NCBI RefSeq assembly: GCF_009914755.1
Contig: NC_060937.1
From: the human T2T-CHM13v2.0 reference genome, Homo sapiens
Reading direction: 5' to 3' (one strand)
Length of the DNA stretch: 64,000 nt
Positions within the stretch are counted from its first letter, which is position 1; each line of letters begins with the position of its first letter. Shown here in pieces: positions 1-12,250 of the stretch. The notes beneath the pieces are model-generated. The model saw nothing but the letters and a program-made list of their open reading frames with translations, was not told the DNA's origin and did not search any database. The position numbers and the translations under genes were made by a program.

Positions 1-549
1 GCTGCAGCTTTCCTCTTCTTCTGAGCTCTTACCAGAATCACTCTTACTGCTCTGTTCATGAAAACATAGGCTTTTTCCAGTATTCACTTCAAAAGAGTTC
101 CAGCCTCTATCCATTATTTAGTCACTTCCACATTTTTAGGTATTTGTAACACCCCACTTCTCTGGTACTAATTTTTGTCTTTGCTGTAACAGAATACCAT
201 AGAGTAAGTTACAAAGAACAAAAATTTATTTCTCATTATTCTGGAGGCTTGAAAGTCCAAGATCAAGGTACCAGCATCTGGTGAGGACTGCAATCGACTT
301 CCAAGATGACGCCTTGAATGCCATACCCACCAGAAGGCTGGTACACTGTGTCCTCACATGGCAGAAGGCAGAAGGGAACAGAGAGACAGATGCCTTCCAT
401 CAAGCCCTTTGATTACAGCATGAATGCATAAGTGAGAGTGGAGCTTTCATGAACTGAATGCCTCCCCAAAGGCCCCACCTTCCAACACTGTTGCAGTGGG
501 ATTAGGTTTCTAACATATGAATTTTGGGAGACACATTCAGACCATAGCA
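1..549 (-). mobile_element. ERVL-MaLR (MSTD/MLT1A-like): 5' LTR (~176-549) plus start of internal sequence (1-175), continuing off the left edge
   Basis: LTR ends ...ACATTCAGACCATAGCA at 549. It has typical MaLR blocks (TTCTGGAGGCT, AAGTCCAAGATCAAGG, GGCCCCACCTTCCAACAC) and the MaLR LTR/internal junction CTGGTACTAATTT. Confidence 0.8.
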
Positions 550-1189
550 GCAAAGCTGTAGACTAATTGAAGAATTAGTCTGTAGGCAAATAAGTACAAT
601 AAGATGTTCTGAGAGAAGGTTGTGTATGACACTGCAATGTAGGAAATGTGTTGAATTTGTGCTTGTTGAGTAAAAAAGTAAATTGTATTTGCTAAATATT
701 TTGTCTTCATTATCAACTGATCTGTATAAACAATAAAAGTATTCTATTATCTTCATTGTACCTATGAAAATATATTGAGTAGCTGCATGCTAATCTTTAG
801 ATTTACTAATTCTAACTTCTGCCCAAGTTTAAGCACTATAATTCTGATATCTAACTCTGTTACCTTAATTATTTGAAATGAAATTAACAATTAACATCTG
901 TTTTATGTGGTTATACTGTCCTCTCCACAGCCGTAATTTTACTTAAAAACATAAACCATATCTTGGCAGAAAAAGCTATTGCATTGAACATATTATGGGC
1001 TTAAGACATTGTACTTAATTTCAGTTTGTAGAATTATTTATGATCCAAAATGTCTTTAAACAAGATATGTTAGTGTCCTTCCCAGCTTGAGATTCTATGA
1101 TTCTAAGATACACAAAGAAACTTTTACTATAGCTTGAGGATAGTGGAAATTAGTGCACAGAATTTTTTCAGTATTTCAAAAAAAATTAT

Positions 1190-1424
1190 AATTTCAACTT
1201 TTATTTTAGATTCAGAGGGTACATGTGCAGGTTTGTTACATGGGCATATTGTGTGATGCTAGGGTTTGGGGTACGGATGATCCTGTCATCCAGGTGATGA
1301 GCATTATACCCAAGAGGTAGTTGTTCATCCCATGTCCCCCTCCCTCCTTTCCTGATAGTCCTCCCCAGTGCCTTTGTTTCCATTTATATGACCATGTATA
1401 CTCAGCATTTAGCTCCCACTTATA
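1190..1424 (-). mobile_element. L1PA13-16-like 3' end fragment
   Basis: TTTTATTTTAGATTCAGAGGGTACATGTGCAGGTTTGTTAC...AGCTCCCACTTATA matches the antisense 3' UTR of older primate L1. Confidence 0.85.
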
Positions 1425-3799
1425 TTTCTCAGTTTTTACAGTCATTTTGCCTTCTTGGCACTGGCTTCTTTTGGGTTGAAATAAAGGCCACTCATTCAAC
1501 ATGATCCTATCAAAAGTATACACATTATGCCTTTTCCTTATGATCTCCCAGCTGTAGAAAGAAACATGTGGACTCTTTGTATAGTGAATGTTGCTAACAC
1601 TACACTCTAAATGCTCTTTCAGTGAGGCTGTGGTCACCTCTTTTGAGCTGTCTCTGAAGAAGAGTGACAGCACTGATACTAAACTGGATCTGTAGAAGTG
1701 TTATTTCCACTGGTGATTGCACAGGCAGTTTTGAACCTGCTTTTGGACAACAGAGGATAGGGAAGAGGCTTAGAGGCCTATTTGACATTATAGGGTATGA
1801 GCCTAAAACTCTGTTGGGCATTGCTGCTGCTGGGAATAATAGTTTCTGGTCATCAGAAGCCAGTGGGACACTGTGGTATTGGTATTCATCACCCACACAA
1901 AGAGCCTGTCACTTGTTAATACTCTGGATCTGGGCTGGGCAATTTCAGAGTTGTTCCTCCCTATCTCCTGTGACACAGAGCTACAAAACTCTCCATATTT
2001 GGAAATGTTATGAAATCATCTAAGTTAGCATGAGGGTTAGTTATAAAGCACTGGGACCATCAGTCATCTTCCTTTTTCACCATGTCTAACCATAATTTTA
2101 TATTTGCTTCCAGTAGCTGGCCTTATAAATCTTAATTAAAGGCTTTCTCAGATCCTGAATTTAAGCTGTCACCCATTATAGCTTCGTTGAAATGTCCATG
2201 TCCATTAAAACCTTATCAAAATGCAGCATCTATTACCTTTGAAGCTCATGTTGTATTCATCTCTGCAAGCTTTGTTAATGCAGGGAAGGTGCATATATGC
2301 TGGCAACATAACGTTCCCTGACAGGTGCTGTTAAGCAGCAACGGCTGGCTTTACTCTCTCCACAGCCTTTGATGACTCTTATAAAATCCTGGAACTACGG
2401 TTTGCTACATACAGGATGTGTAGTAGGATAGGCCAAACAAAATTAAACCATTGATTCTTATTCCATGTCATGAAAGGGTAAAATAATCATGTTTTTTTCC
2501 TCAGATCATTGGCATTTTAAAGCAGCCTAAAATAATGTCAACCTGTTGGCATGATCCAATCAAGCAAAATGCATACCTAAATTCATGAACAAAAAAAATG
2601 TGTTGATTCTAAATTGTGATTCTGGTATTTCCTTGGAGAAGCGGATGTAACTTAAAACCAATATGCCTATCTTGGCTTTACTGAATGGTGCTTTAGGCAT
2701 TTGCTTTCTATAACTGGATTGACTAGGAAATGAACTTGAGAAGGTGAGAATTTTAGATGAAGATCTGAAAGTATGACTAAGTGAGAGATTTAAAAGTAGA
2801 GATTGAAAATTATGTAAAATAAACCTTCATAATGTCACAGCATCACATATTATCACCGTAGTGACACCAATAAAAAATATCCTCAAGTTCTTTAGTCATG
2901 GGGAATAAAAGAATGAAATAGTGTAGCATGCTACAGCACTACAATTTGATACTATTAAGATTTCACAGTTGCTGTCAGCCAGGTCACAGTAAGGGTTAAA
3001 ACACTTATCAGTTGTGACACTCTGTCTTGATAACCTTTTTAATCCTTCAGAGGCACTAGAGGAAATAGCTAACAACTAAGAACAAGTTATAACGAATACG
3101 GATGTGTTTCATCCACTCATAATCCCTTCTCAATTATTCAAAGTTCTGTTTCCACTACAATCTTTCAGATCCTCTTGTGTATCATTCATCTGTAAGAATG
3201 TTGGCGGTATTTCTGCGTACTCCAAGGCGACAGCTGTTAGTATGAATCTCTTCTTTTTTTCCTCTCCCCAACTAGAATCAGAAGCCCTTTCAGGTCAGGA
3301 CTTTCTTGTTCACTTGTTCAACCTATATTCCTACCACCTGGCACTGGGCTCTATCTAGAGGAATTGGAAAATGCATTTAATAATAAGGGTGGAAATATTT
3401 CTGAGGGCACATTTTCTAAGTGAGGAAACGAATAAGACTTTTTTTTCTCTCACTCTTTGGAAAGACTATGATCATAAGGCTAAAATATGCATTACCTAAT
3501 CTACTATGTCTATCTCTTAGCAATGTTTTTTAACAGAAAGCCACCATATATCTCTGTAATTATGTTGTTAGAGTATGTAGAAAAGACCCAAATTATATTA
3601 TTTCTTTTAAATCTTAGAGATATTATTACATATTAATCATTTTTTCTTTATGGTCTCCAAGACATTTTTTTAGAGGTGTCTACATAATGTTAAGTGAGAA
3701 GTTTTATACAGGGGTAGCAAACACAATGCATCACACCATCTTTAAGAGTGAAGTTACATGAGGTTTTTTCCAAAAGTAAAGACCACCATTTGTTTGCTT

Positions 3800-4290
3800 G
3801 CTCATTTATTCAGCAAGCATTCATTCTAGACTCTGGAACGTAGCAGTGAATAAAAGCACTTCTGCAAAATAAAATACATACAATGTAAATTTTTTTTAAT
3901 CTCTGGGGAAAAATATAAAGCCAGGTAAGGGATATAGGAAGCTTCTATAGAGGGGCTGTAATTTTAAACAGGGGGAGCAAAGAAGGCTTTACTGAGAAGG
4001 TGACATTTTATTCGAGACCTGAAGAGCTTAGGATTCAGTCCTCTGCGGGGGGATGAGCATCCCATGCAGTAGAACAGCAAGTAATCAGAGGTAGGAATTA
4101 GTCAACAACTAGCCAAGAGGCCAGTGGAGCTGAAGCCGAGCAAGACAGGGTAGAGCAGACCAAGGAGAGGTCAAAGAGGAGGCCCATTGTATAAAGGAGG
4201 CCCATTGTATAAAGCTGTCCTGGCCATTTCAAGCACTTTTTGTTTTTTTTTACTCCAAATGAGGTGAAAAGCCCCAGAAGGATTTTGAAC
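3800..4290 (-). mobile_element. L2 3' fragment
   Basis: Degenerate L2 motifs: ATTTATTCAGCAAGCATT, GCAGTGAATAAAA, GAGAAGGTGACATTT, GAGGCCAGTGGAGCTGAAG. Confidence 0.7.
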
Positions 4291-5329
4291 ATTGATTATA
4301 CAGGCTGAATGAACTTAGACTAACTAAACACTGTTGCTTATATAGAATTTAGAATAACTAAACACAGTGGCTTATTAAATAAATCATAGTTAGTAAAGAA
4401 AGAATGTACGATTAGACTAATATTCTAAATTCTTTGAAGTGATGCTTTATTATAAACTTTTCTTGGCATTACTATCAGAAATAGATTATATAAAATCTCA
4501 TATTTTATGCAAACCTTGGGTGCAATAAAATTTTAAAAGATTGTCATACTCAGATAATTTTATAATATTGATGTTACTTTCTTTTAACAGTCATAGTGTA
4601 GATCAAAATATAGAGGATCCTAATGGAATGAGACAGGCTGTATCTCTGATGCAAGTGATCCTTACGGTCTCAGGTAGAGGCACATTTTCTTTCCTGGGTG
4701 GCTACATGTATATTGGCACCAACAGCCCCCTGTGGAAAGGATCACTCATGGTTTGATAAGCACAACTGAAAAGTGTCAGCAGTCACCAAACAAGAAGTTT
4801 TCCCTTTTGGGGGAAAGATATTTGGAATCATAGGAATCTCTAGTTTTCTTACTCACTGATTCTGGGACAATGCAGTTTCAATGACATAATGTAAGTGGAT
4901 GCTTTCTACACAGTGCTGATGCTATTAACCATACAATAGATTTCAGTGTATTTTTTCTCATTCTGACCACTTTACCTTTAGCTTTAATATTCTGTTAGAG
5001 CATCATAATATTTATGTCTAGAAGGAACCATAAAGGTCTTCTACTCCAGCAGTTCATCTGAAGCTAACCTACCAACTAAGTATAAACTGTAGCTTTGTCA
5101 GTTTTGAACAACCAGAGAGTGAGATCTTAACTATTGTCATGATGTTGTCAATATCACTTTTGGAAAAATGAGACAGTATACTATAACATTAACTTTTCAT
5201 TACTTAGGCCAAAGTCCATTCTGGGGCCAGTTAGGAAAAAATAATAATATCTTTTAGACATAACAGCCTTACAAATGTTGAAGACATCTCAGATGTTTGC
5301 TGACTTTTCTGGCAATCATCTTCTGCTCC

Positions 5330-5760
5330 TTTAGCTAATCTTTGTATAACATGACTTTGAATCTCTTCATCTTTTTGGTGACTCTCCTTTGAATGTACTC
5401 CAGTTTACCTCTCTTCTTGAAGTGTGTGGCTTAGATGTGGTTTGATATAGAGGCATAATTGAATGGAATTATTATTTCCCTTGATCTGGACAAAATATTC
5501 TATTAATGTAGCCAAGAATTGCATTAGCTTTTTTGGCAACCACTGTTCAGTGCTTGATGTATATCAAGCTCCCTGTCAATTAATCCTCCAGGGACTTTTT
5601 TATTTATTCTCTTGCTAAGCTACGCCTTTGACGTCTATATAAGTTTAGTTGCTGTTTGGAATAAAAAGACTTTACTTTTTTTTTTTCCTAATTAAATTTC
5701 ATCTTGCAAGTCCAGTGTTCCACCCATTGGGATATTTTGGGATCCTGATTTTATCCTCTA
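5330..5760 (-). mobile_element. CR1/L3 LINE fragment
   Basis: TTCTATTAATGTAGCCAAGAATTGCATTAGCTTTTTTGGCA resembles the conserved L3 core. Confidence 0.6.
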
Positions 5761-6169
5761 TCAGGATTTAATAGCTTTAAGACTGAACTCAAATAGGCCA
5801 GTAATTTTCTAAAAAGGACTATTCTTTTGAAGATTGCCTTCTGAAAATATCAAGGAAATCTAAGAGACATTTCATAATACAGGTTAAAAGAACAGATCTG
5901 GGCAGTAGCCACACCTCATTTCCAGCTCTAGCTCTGTCACTTTCCAGGTGAATTTATTCATTTGGTTAACAAACTGAACTCCTACTATGAAACACATTAT
6001 CCTAGGCACTTAGGACTCATCAGTGAATGAAACAGACAAAAATACTTATCCTGGAGGAGCTTATAGTCTAGCAGGGAAGGAAACCTATGAAAAGAAATAT
6101 ACACGCTACAATCCTTAATATTCTTAACAGGAAAAATAGGAATAAATGTATTACTTTATAATATATGGT

Positions 6170-6581
6170 TTGTTTATCAGGGTTCTCCAGAGAATCAAAA
6201 GAATGCATATGTTATAATAAATAAAGATATTTTTTATAAGGAATGAACTCATATCATTATAAAGGCTAAGTCCCAAGATCTTCAGGGTAGGTTGGCAAGC
6301 CAGAGACCCAGGAGAGCCAATGAAGTAATTCCAGCCTGGAAAATAGCAAGCTCAAGACGCAGCAAGAGCCAATGCTGTTTGAGTCCTAAGTCAGGAAAAA
6401 ACCGATGTTCACATTTGAAGGTGGTCAAGCAGGAGGAATTCTCTATTACTCTGGGGGAGGGTCAGTCTTTTCGTTCTATTCAGATCTTCAAGGGATAGAT
6501 GGGGTTCACTCCCCTTATGGAGGGCCATCTGCTTTATGCAGTCAACTCATTCAACTTTGATACATAAAATTAACCGTCACA
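6170..6581 (-). mobile_element. ERVL LTR, MLT2C/D-like
   Basis: Starts with CAGGGTTCTCCAGAGA, contains GAGACCCAGGAGAGCCAATG, ends with ACATAAAATTAACCGTCACA. Confidence 0.8.
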
Positions 6582-7752
6582 AATAGTAATGAGGATGTTA
6601 GGAGTTATTGTACATAAAGGGCTTAGCATAGTGAGCTCTTAAGAAAAGATAGCTATTATTTGCGTAAAGTATTTTTCAATCCCCTCTTCAGAATTAGGAA
6701 TAGAATCAGAGCTCTACAATACTGACACAGTAGTTTTGGCCCTTTCCTGGTGTGACGCTCTGTCTGATGTTTGGTCTTGGGAAGCAGTCATACTTACGTA
6801 GTGCATGATCAGCTAAGTCATTTCTCTGCTAATGCCTATTTCAAGGTTCTGTGAAAATATGCTCTCTGCCTCACATGCATGAGACAGGGGAATTACCTGC
6901 AGACACCTTGCTACCATCTGGAGCAGCCTCTAGTGATGAAATACCTATGAAGGGTCTTTTATTATTTTTTGGCAGTGTTTCCTTTTTAAAGAAAATATTA
7001 CAAAAACTGGAAAGGTTTTAGAAAAACCAAAAGGCAGATTTTTTTATACCTCTCCTTTGAACTCACTGCAGGAGTAGTTCACTTTACTTAACAGTGAGCT
7101 CAATAAGTAACTATCATTTCAGGGTATGCCTGACTCATAATACTGTCAAATAATTCATATATGTAAAAATGACCGTTGTCTCATTTACTTGTTATGCCAA
7201 CACTTGTCAACCTCAGCAACAGCTTTCAGCCCTGTTAAATGTGGTTTAAATGTGAGGGATCTAAAATGAAATTGAAGCACGCTGCATTTGATAGTAAATC
7301 AAATACGAATTTAATGTTGTACTCAAAGACAGCATATTTAGTAAGTCTTGAAAGTAAAAATGGCGGATTTTATGATTTGACTCTAGTGAGGGTTTTATTG
7401 GGATTCTGATTATCTTTTAAAGGTTGAGATCTAATGATTTTTAAAAATTACATTTGAGAAAAATATTTTGGAGTAAATTATATTGAACTGAATTAATGAA
7501 CGATAAAAATAGTTTAAAGAAAATCACTTTCTAAAGAGAAGACAAGTATTATCAAATCATGAACATTATATTTTGTTTTACTTTTTATTATAAAAAATTT
7601 CAACCACACTAAGGGTAGAAAAAAATAACATTATACCCATATATCCATCACTTATATTAAAATGTATTAATATTTTATAATATTTGCCTTATCTCTTTTG
7701 AACTTCAATTTTAAACTCACCCTCCATCGGTATTTTTAAAGTATTATTTTAT

Positions 7753-8059
7753 TTTAATTTTTTTTTTTGAGACAGAGTCTCACTCTCACTCTGTCACCCG
7801 GACTGGCACCTGCCAGTGCAGTGGCACTATCTCGGCTCGCTGCAACCTCCGCCTCCTGGGTACAAGTGATTCTTCTACCTCAGGCCCCTGACTAGCTGGG
7901 ATTACAGGCGCTTGCCACCAGGTCCAGCTAATTTTTCTATTTTTAGTGGAGACGGGGTTTCACCAAGTTAGGCTGTCTCAAAATCCTGACTTCAGGTGAT
8001 TCATCTGCCTCGGCCTCCCAAAGTGCTGGGATTACAGGGGTGAGCCTCTGTGCCCGGCC
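7753..8059 (-). mobile_element. AluS (Sx/Sz-like)
   Basis: Poly(T), then GAGACAGAGTCT...CTCCCAAAGTGCTGGGATTACAGG...CCCGGCC. Diverged TSD AAAGTATTATTTT / AAGGCATAATTTT. Confidence 0.95.
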
Positions 8060-8459
8060 AAGGCATAATTTTAACTAGATATAAAATAAATCTTAACTTT
8101 TCCAAGTATAATGCTATAAGTGTGGAACATTTAAAGGCAGAAGAGATTTTACATTTGTTTTTTCTAGCATATGGGAAAATTGATAGCTTCTTTCCGTATG
8201 TTTTAATGATGAGTGAAGAACTAGACTGCTTCTATGGTTTTCCCTGGAATTTTTAAAAATCACCTACCCATAAACTTACATTCTTCCTAAATACATGAAT
8301 GTGATAAGAGTCTCAATAAGCAAAAGCAAAATATACTGCTATTCTAGAAAACATCTGGCAAAGAGACTCCAGGACAACTCTTTGTACAAAAGGGAAATGA
8401 GGACCGGCTGGCTGTGTAGTAAGTGGATATATGGCCTCTGGTGGGAGGCAATGTGGCAG

Positions 8460-8835
8460 TGTTAGGGCCACATGAATGAGGCATGAATTGTAGGTCTGAT
8501 TTTTAGTAGTTACATGCCTACGGTCAAATCACAGCTGTTCTAAACCTTCAGTGTTTCCACCTCTGTAACATGAATGCAGTAATGCCTGGATTGCAAACGT
8601 GTTGTGAAGATTAGCTACATAGGTAAAGCTTTGTTGTACGTACTCAATATTGGCATCTGGTTGTTGTTTTTTGAAACAGTGTACTAGAAAGACTGTTCAT
8701 GGTGTTTGAAATTATATGTAGGTGGTATAACAATCCTTCCTGCTCACTTACTTGCTGTGTGTCCCTCGGTGTGTCCCCTAGTCTCACAGAACCTCAGTGT
8801 CTTTAGCTGGGAAATGAATCTAATACTATTTATTC
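8460..8835 (+). mobile_element. MIR fragments
   Basis: MIR core-like CCTTCAGTGTTTCCACCTCTGTAA...GTTGTGAAGATTA and ACTTACTTGCTGTGTG...AACCTCAGTGTC. Confidence 0.55.
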
Positions 8836-9317
8836 CATGATGGTTAGTTTAATATGTCAATCTGACTAAACTAAGGGATGCTCACGTAACTGGTATACAT
8901 TCCTCCTAAGTGTATCTTTGAGAGCATTTCTGAAAAAGATTAACATTTGAATCAATAGACTAAGTAAAGAAGATTGCTCTCATTAATGTGGTTCAACGTT
9001 AGTCAATCTGCTTAAATAGAACAAAAGTGCAGAAGGAGAGCAAAGTCTATCTTCTCGAGCTGAGACATCCAGATTCTCCTGCCCTTGGATAGGAGGTTCT
9101 TGTTATGGGGTCGTCGGACTCTGGGACTTATACCATTCCCTCCAACATGTAAGCCAATTCCCATGTGTATATATATATATATGTATGTGTATATATGTAT
9201 GTATGTGTATATATATGTATGTATGTGTGTATACATATACACACACACACACACACATATATATGTGTATATATATACTTATTGGTTCTGTTTCTCTGGA
9301 GAACCCTGACTAACCCA
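8836..9317 (+). mobile_element. ERVL solo LTR, MLT2B-like, with internal (TA)n/(CA)n microsatellite (~9164-9276)
   Basis: Starts TGATGGTTAGTTTAATATGTCAA, ends TATTGGTTCTGTTTCTCTGGAGAACCCTGACTAA. Near-TSD TATTC/TACTC. Confidence 0.85.
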
Positions 9318-9833
9318 TACTCCCACAGCATTGTTTATGGGGGCAAGTAATAATGTTCGTGTCATGTAGCAGACTCATTATTGAAAATCTGTTCCTAGGA
9401 GTCTTGTTTTCTTGACCAATTTCAAGCTTTCAAGTTACTTTTGCAGTTTAATAATATAGGGTTTAGTCTTCTTGATGTTTTTGCCAGTATTTGGATAAAG
9501 ATGTAAAAGTCGAACATATGAAACTTGACAATAGCTAAATTAGGTTCAGAAGTTCTCAGTAGGCTAGAACTGTAGGTAAAAATGAACAAAACAATTTATA
9601 TGGAAAAAAATTGAACAATGTAGTAGTTTTATAAGTTCCTTGTGTGCCAATACTGTGAATGGATATTCAATTTTTTAAGTTCCATTTTAGGCTAATTAAT
9701 TCAGGTGCAAAGCGTAGATTCAGCAATATAAAGGTTGTTCGTATTCAAATTGGTCAGATGACAGCTAGAATTATGTGTCCTTTTTTTAAGCTAAATTCCA
9801 CACTTTACAAAGGACATTGAAAAGCTAGGTAGG

Positions 9834-9996
9834 GGTCTGGTGCGGTGGCTCACACCTACAATTCCAGCACTTTGGGATGCCCAGGAGAAAGGATTGCTTG
9901 AGCACAGGAGGCTGAACTGCAGTGAGCCATGATCATGAAGTCCAGCCTGGGCGACAGAGCAACGCCCTGTCCCAAAAAAAAAAAAAAAAAAAAAAA
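9834..9996 (+). mobile_element. Alu monomer (AluJ-like left-arm/right-arm hybrid)
   Basis: Left-arm start GGTGGCTCACACCT..CAGCACTTTGGGA joined to right-arm TGCAGTGAGCCATGATC..CCAGCCTGGGCGACAGAGC. A23 tail and TSD AAAAGCTAGGTAGG. Confidence 0.85.
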
Positions 9997-10001
9997 GCTA
10001 G

Positions 10002-10213
10002 GTAGGGTTTCTCAAGCTATGGAACATTTTGATCAGATAATTCTTTGTTGAGGGTGGCAGGGGCAGTCTCCTGAGAATTTTTAGCATGTTGCTGGCCTTT
10101 ATCCATTAGATGCCACTAGAACTTCCATGTTCCCACCCAGAAAGACAACAAAAATGTCCAGACATTGCCAAACATCTCCTGGAAGGCAAAATTGCCCTGA
10201 TTGAGAACCTCTG
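10002..10213. mobile_element. MER20 (hAT-Charlie)
   Basis: AAAATGTCCAGACATTGCCAAACATCTCCTGG...GGCAAAATTGCCCTGATTGAGAACCTCTG, with TTCTCAA/TTGAGAA terminal inverted motifs. Confidence 0.85.
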
Positions 10214-10772
10214 TGCTGCAGGGTATACAAAAGAAGGTAAAAGGAAAGTAAAAGGCTGGGAAGGATAATCATGAAGAATAATAAGGGTAGGTGTGTCTCA
10301 TTCCTAGAACTGTCCCAACTCAATAATTTTATTTTGTATTAAGTTTCTCTGTCTTCATCTGCCTTCCCATTAAATTAATCTTTCTGCAGTCAGGGATTGT
10401 GTTTCATTCTTTTTGTTTTTAGTGTGCAGAATAACTCCTAGTGTACTGTAGACTCTCAATGTTTTTATAAGGTAAAGTAAACTAAACTGAGGAAAAACAC
10501 GACCTGATGTGGGCAGCTACTAAGGAGACATTTTCTGATGGTACTTGAAGAGCTGCCAAAGGAAGAATCGTATTGGATTACTCAATGAAAGAAAGAATGC
10601 TTCTTCAGAGGGCAGAGCTAATAGCAATGAATAAAAGTTATGGAGGCATAGATTTCACCTTATTTTAAGGTCAAATTTTAATATGATATTTATACTTATT
10701 TAGCACCAATAATTCTTGAAATCAACTTGATTAGCATTGAAATGAATGTACTTTATAATAGAATTGTAAATA

Positions 10773-11863
10773 AAATTGTCTCTTTAACAAAATGGGGATT
10801 GGGGTACTGATCCTCAACACTTGAAAATCTACATAGAACTTTTGACTCCCCACAAACTTAACTACTAATAGACCATGTTGCCCAAAAGCCTTACCAATTA
10901 ATCAATTAACAAATATTTTGCAATTTATATGTATTATATAGTATATTTTTACCATAAAGAAAGCTAGAGAAAAGAAAATGTTATGAAGAAAATCATAAGA
11001 GGAAATATATTTTAGTACTGTATTGTATTTATTGATACCACAAGTTTAGTCATTTGTTTACAAGATGAATCTCTGAAATGGCAGGTAACTGCAGCTGCAA
11101 ATCTCAGTCTATGGTACATATCAAGCAATTCAGCTTTTTTTTGCAACGCCATGACTTCTCTGCTTCTCGGAAGCACTTCCAGCATCACTAGTGGCACTTC
11201 GTATGTGTTCCATGTTGTTAGGCAAGGTTGAAAGTATTGCACTAAACAAAATGAAAAATACATGAGAAACACAAGAGATCCCTTTTTACTGCAATTTATT
11301 AGAGGAATGAACTCCTCATGCAGAAATGATTAGTGTCACGAAGTATTTTAAATGGATACTTGCAACACTTGAGCTCACTGCAAGAACAAAAGGAAGTGGC
11401 TATGAATTGATTACTGTTGTACAGTATGTACTACAGTTAATTTTATGCAGTCATGATTTAATACTGCATCTTTACGTTTGTTTACATTTCTCTCCACCAT
11501 GAATGGTGCCATGTACAGTTTGTGTTTGGGTGCATGTTTCAATAAATTCTAACTTTGTATAGTGGATTTGTGTGTATTTTATGATAGTAGATGATAAAAT
11601 AGATTAATATCTACATAGATTTTGTGCATTAATGCATACTTACCTTTTTCTTTTTTGATATTCCTAGGCTAGGTGTTCTGTGTGCAACATTTTTCAAATT
11701 GTTGTAAATCTCCAAAAAATTTATATATTTTTATATTATATAAAATGTATTATATATCATATGAAATATATTTATATATTAAATTTATATATATATTTAT
11801 TGAAAAAACTCATGTGCAAGTGGACCCACATAGTTCAAAATCAAGTTGTTCAAGAATCAATTG
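10773..11863 (+). mobile_element. Tigger3 (Golem) non-autonomous element, Tigger3b-like
   Basis: TA-flanked degenerate TIRs (AAATTGTCTCTTTAACAA ... TTGTTCAAGAATCAATTG). Internal TTTGACTCCCC..AACTTAACTACTAATAG and AGCTAGAGAAAAGAAAATGTTAT. Colinear with the copy at 53706-54742. Confidence 0.85.
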
Positions 11864-12124
11864 TACAATACTATCAGAATTCTGAGGTATATTACATACA
11901 TTTGTGGGATATAAAAATATTGATCAAATACAAAATTATTGATTTTCCCTACTTAAAAATCTATATTTATACTCATGCAACTATTAAATAATTGACAATA
12001 TGGCAAGTACTCAGAGGCATAAGAAAGAAAGAAACTAAAAGAAGAGAAAGGACAGAAAAGAATATCTCCTATATATATATATTTGGTAACTTATTAAAAA
12101 TGAGTGGTGAAAATGATACTGATA

Positions 12125-12250
12125 GAAAATATTTATCAAGTGCTTATTGTATTATAGTCATTGTGTTGTGCTTTAAATATAGTCTCATTTAATCCCTACA
12201 ACACCTCAATGAAATAAGTGCTTTTATTTTCTCCATTTACATATGAAGAA
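12125..12250 (-). mobile_element. MIR fragment
   Basis: TCTCATTTAATCCCTACAACACC...CCATTTACATATGAAGAAA. Confidence 0.6.

Noticed and set aside
1236-2023. Overlapping 98-145 aa ORFs on both strands
   Set aside because: No recognisable protein family, one runs into an L1 3' UTR, and there is no convincing splice-site pair.
4177-4213. Short tandem duplications (AGGAGGCCCATTGTATAA x2; also near 14385, 18160, 24305, 43750, 63735)
   Set aside because: Ordinary slippage-type micro-duplications with no sign of function.
4720-8445. CTCF-like words (near 4725, 6925, 8435)
   Set aside because: Each has several mismatches to the CCASYAGRKGGC core and cannot be supported without PWM scores or ChIP data.
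9012-9350. Four short Y/I/H/C/V-rich ORFs
   Set aside because: Same artefact, from the (TA)n/(CA)n tract inside the MLT2B LTR.
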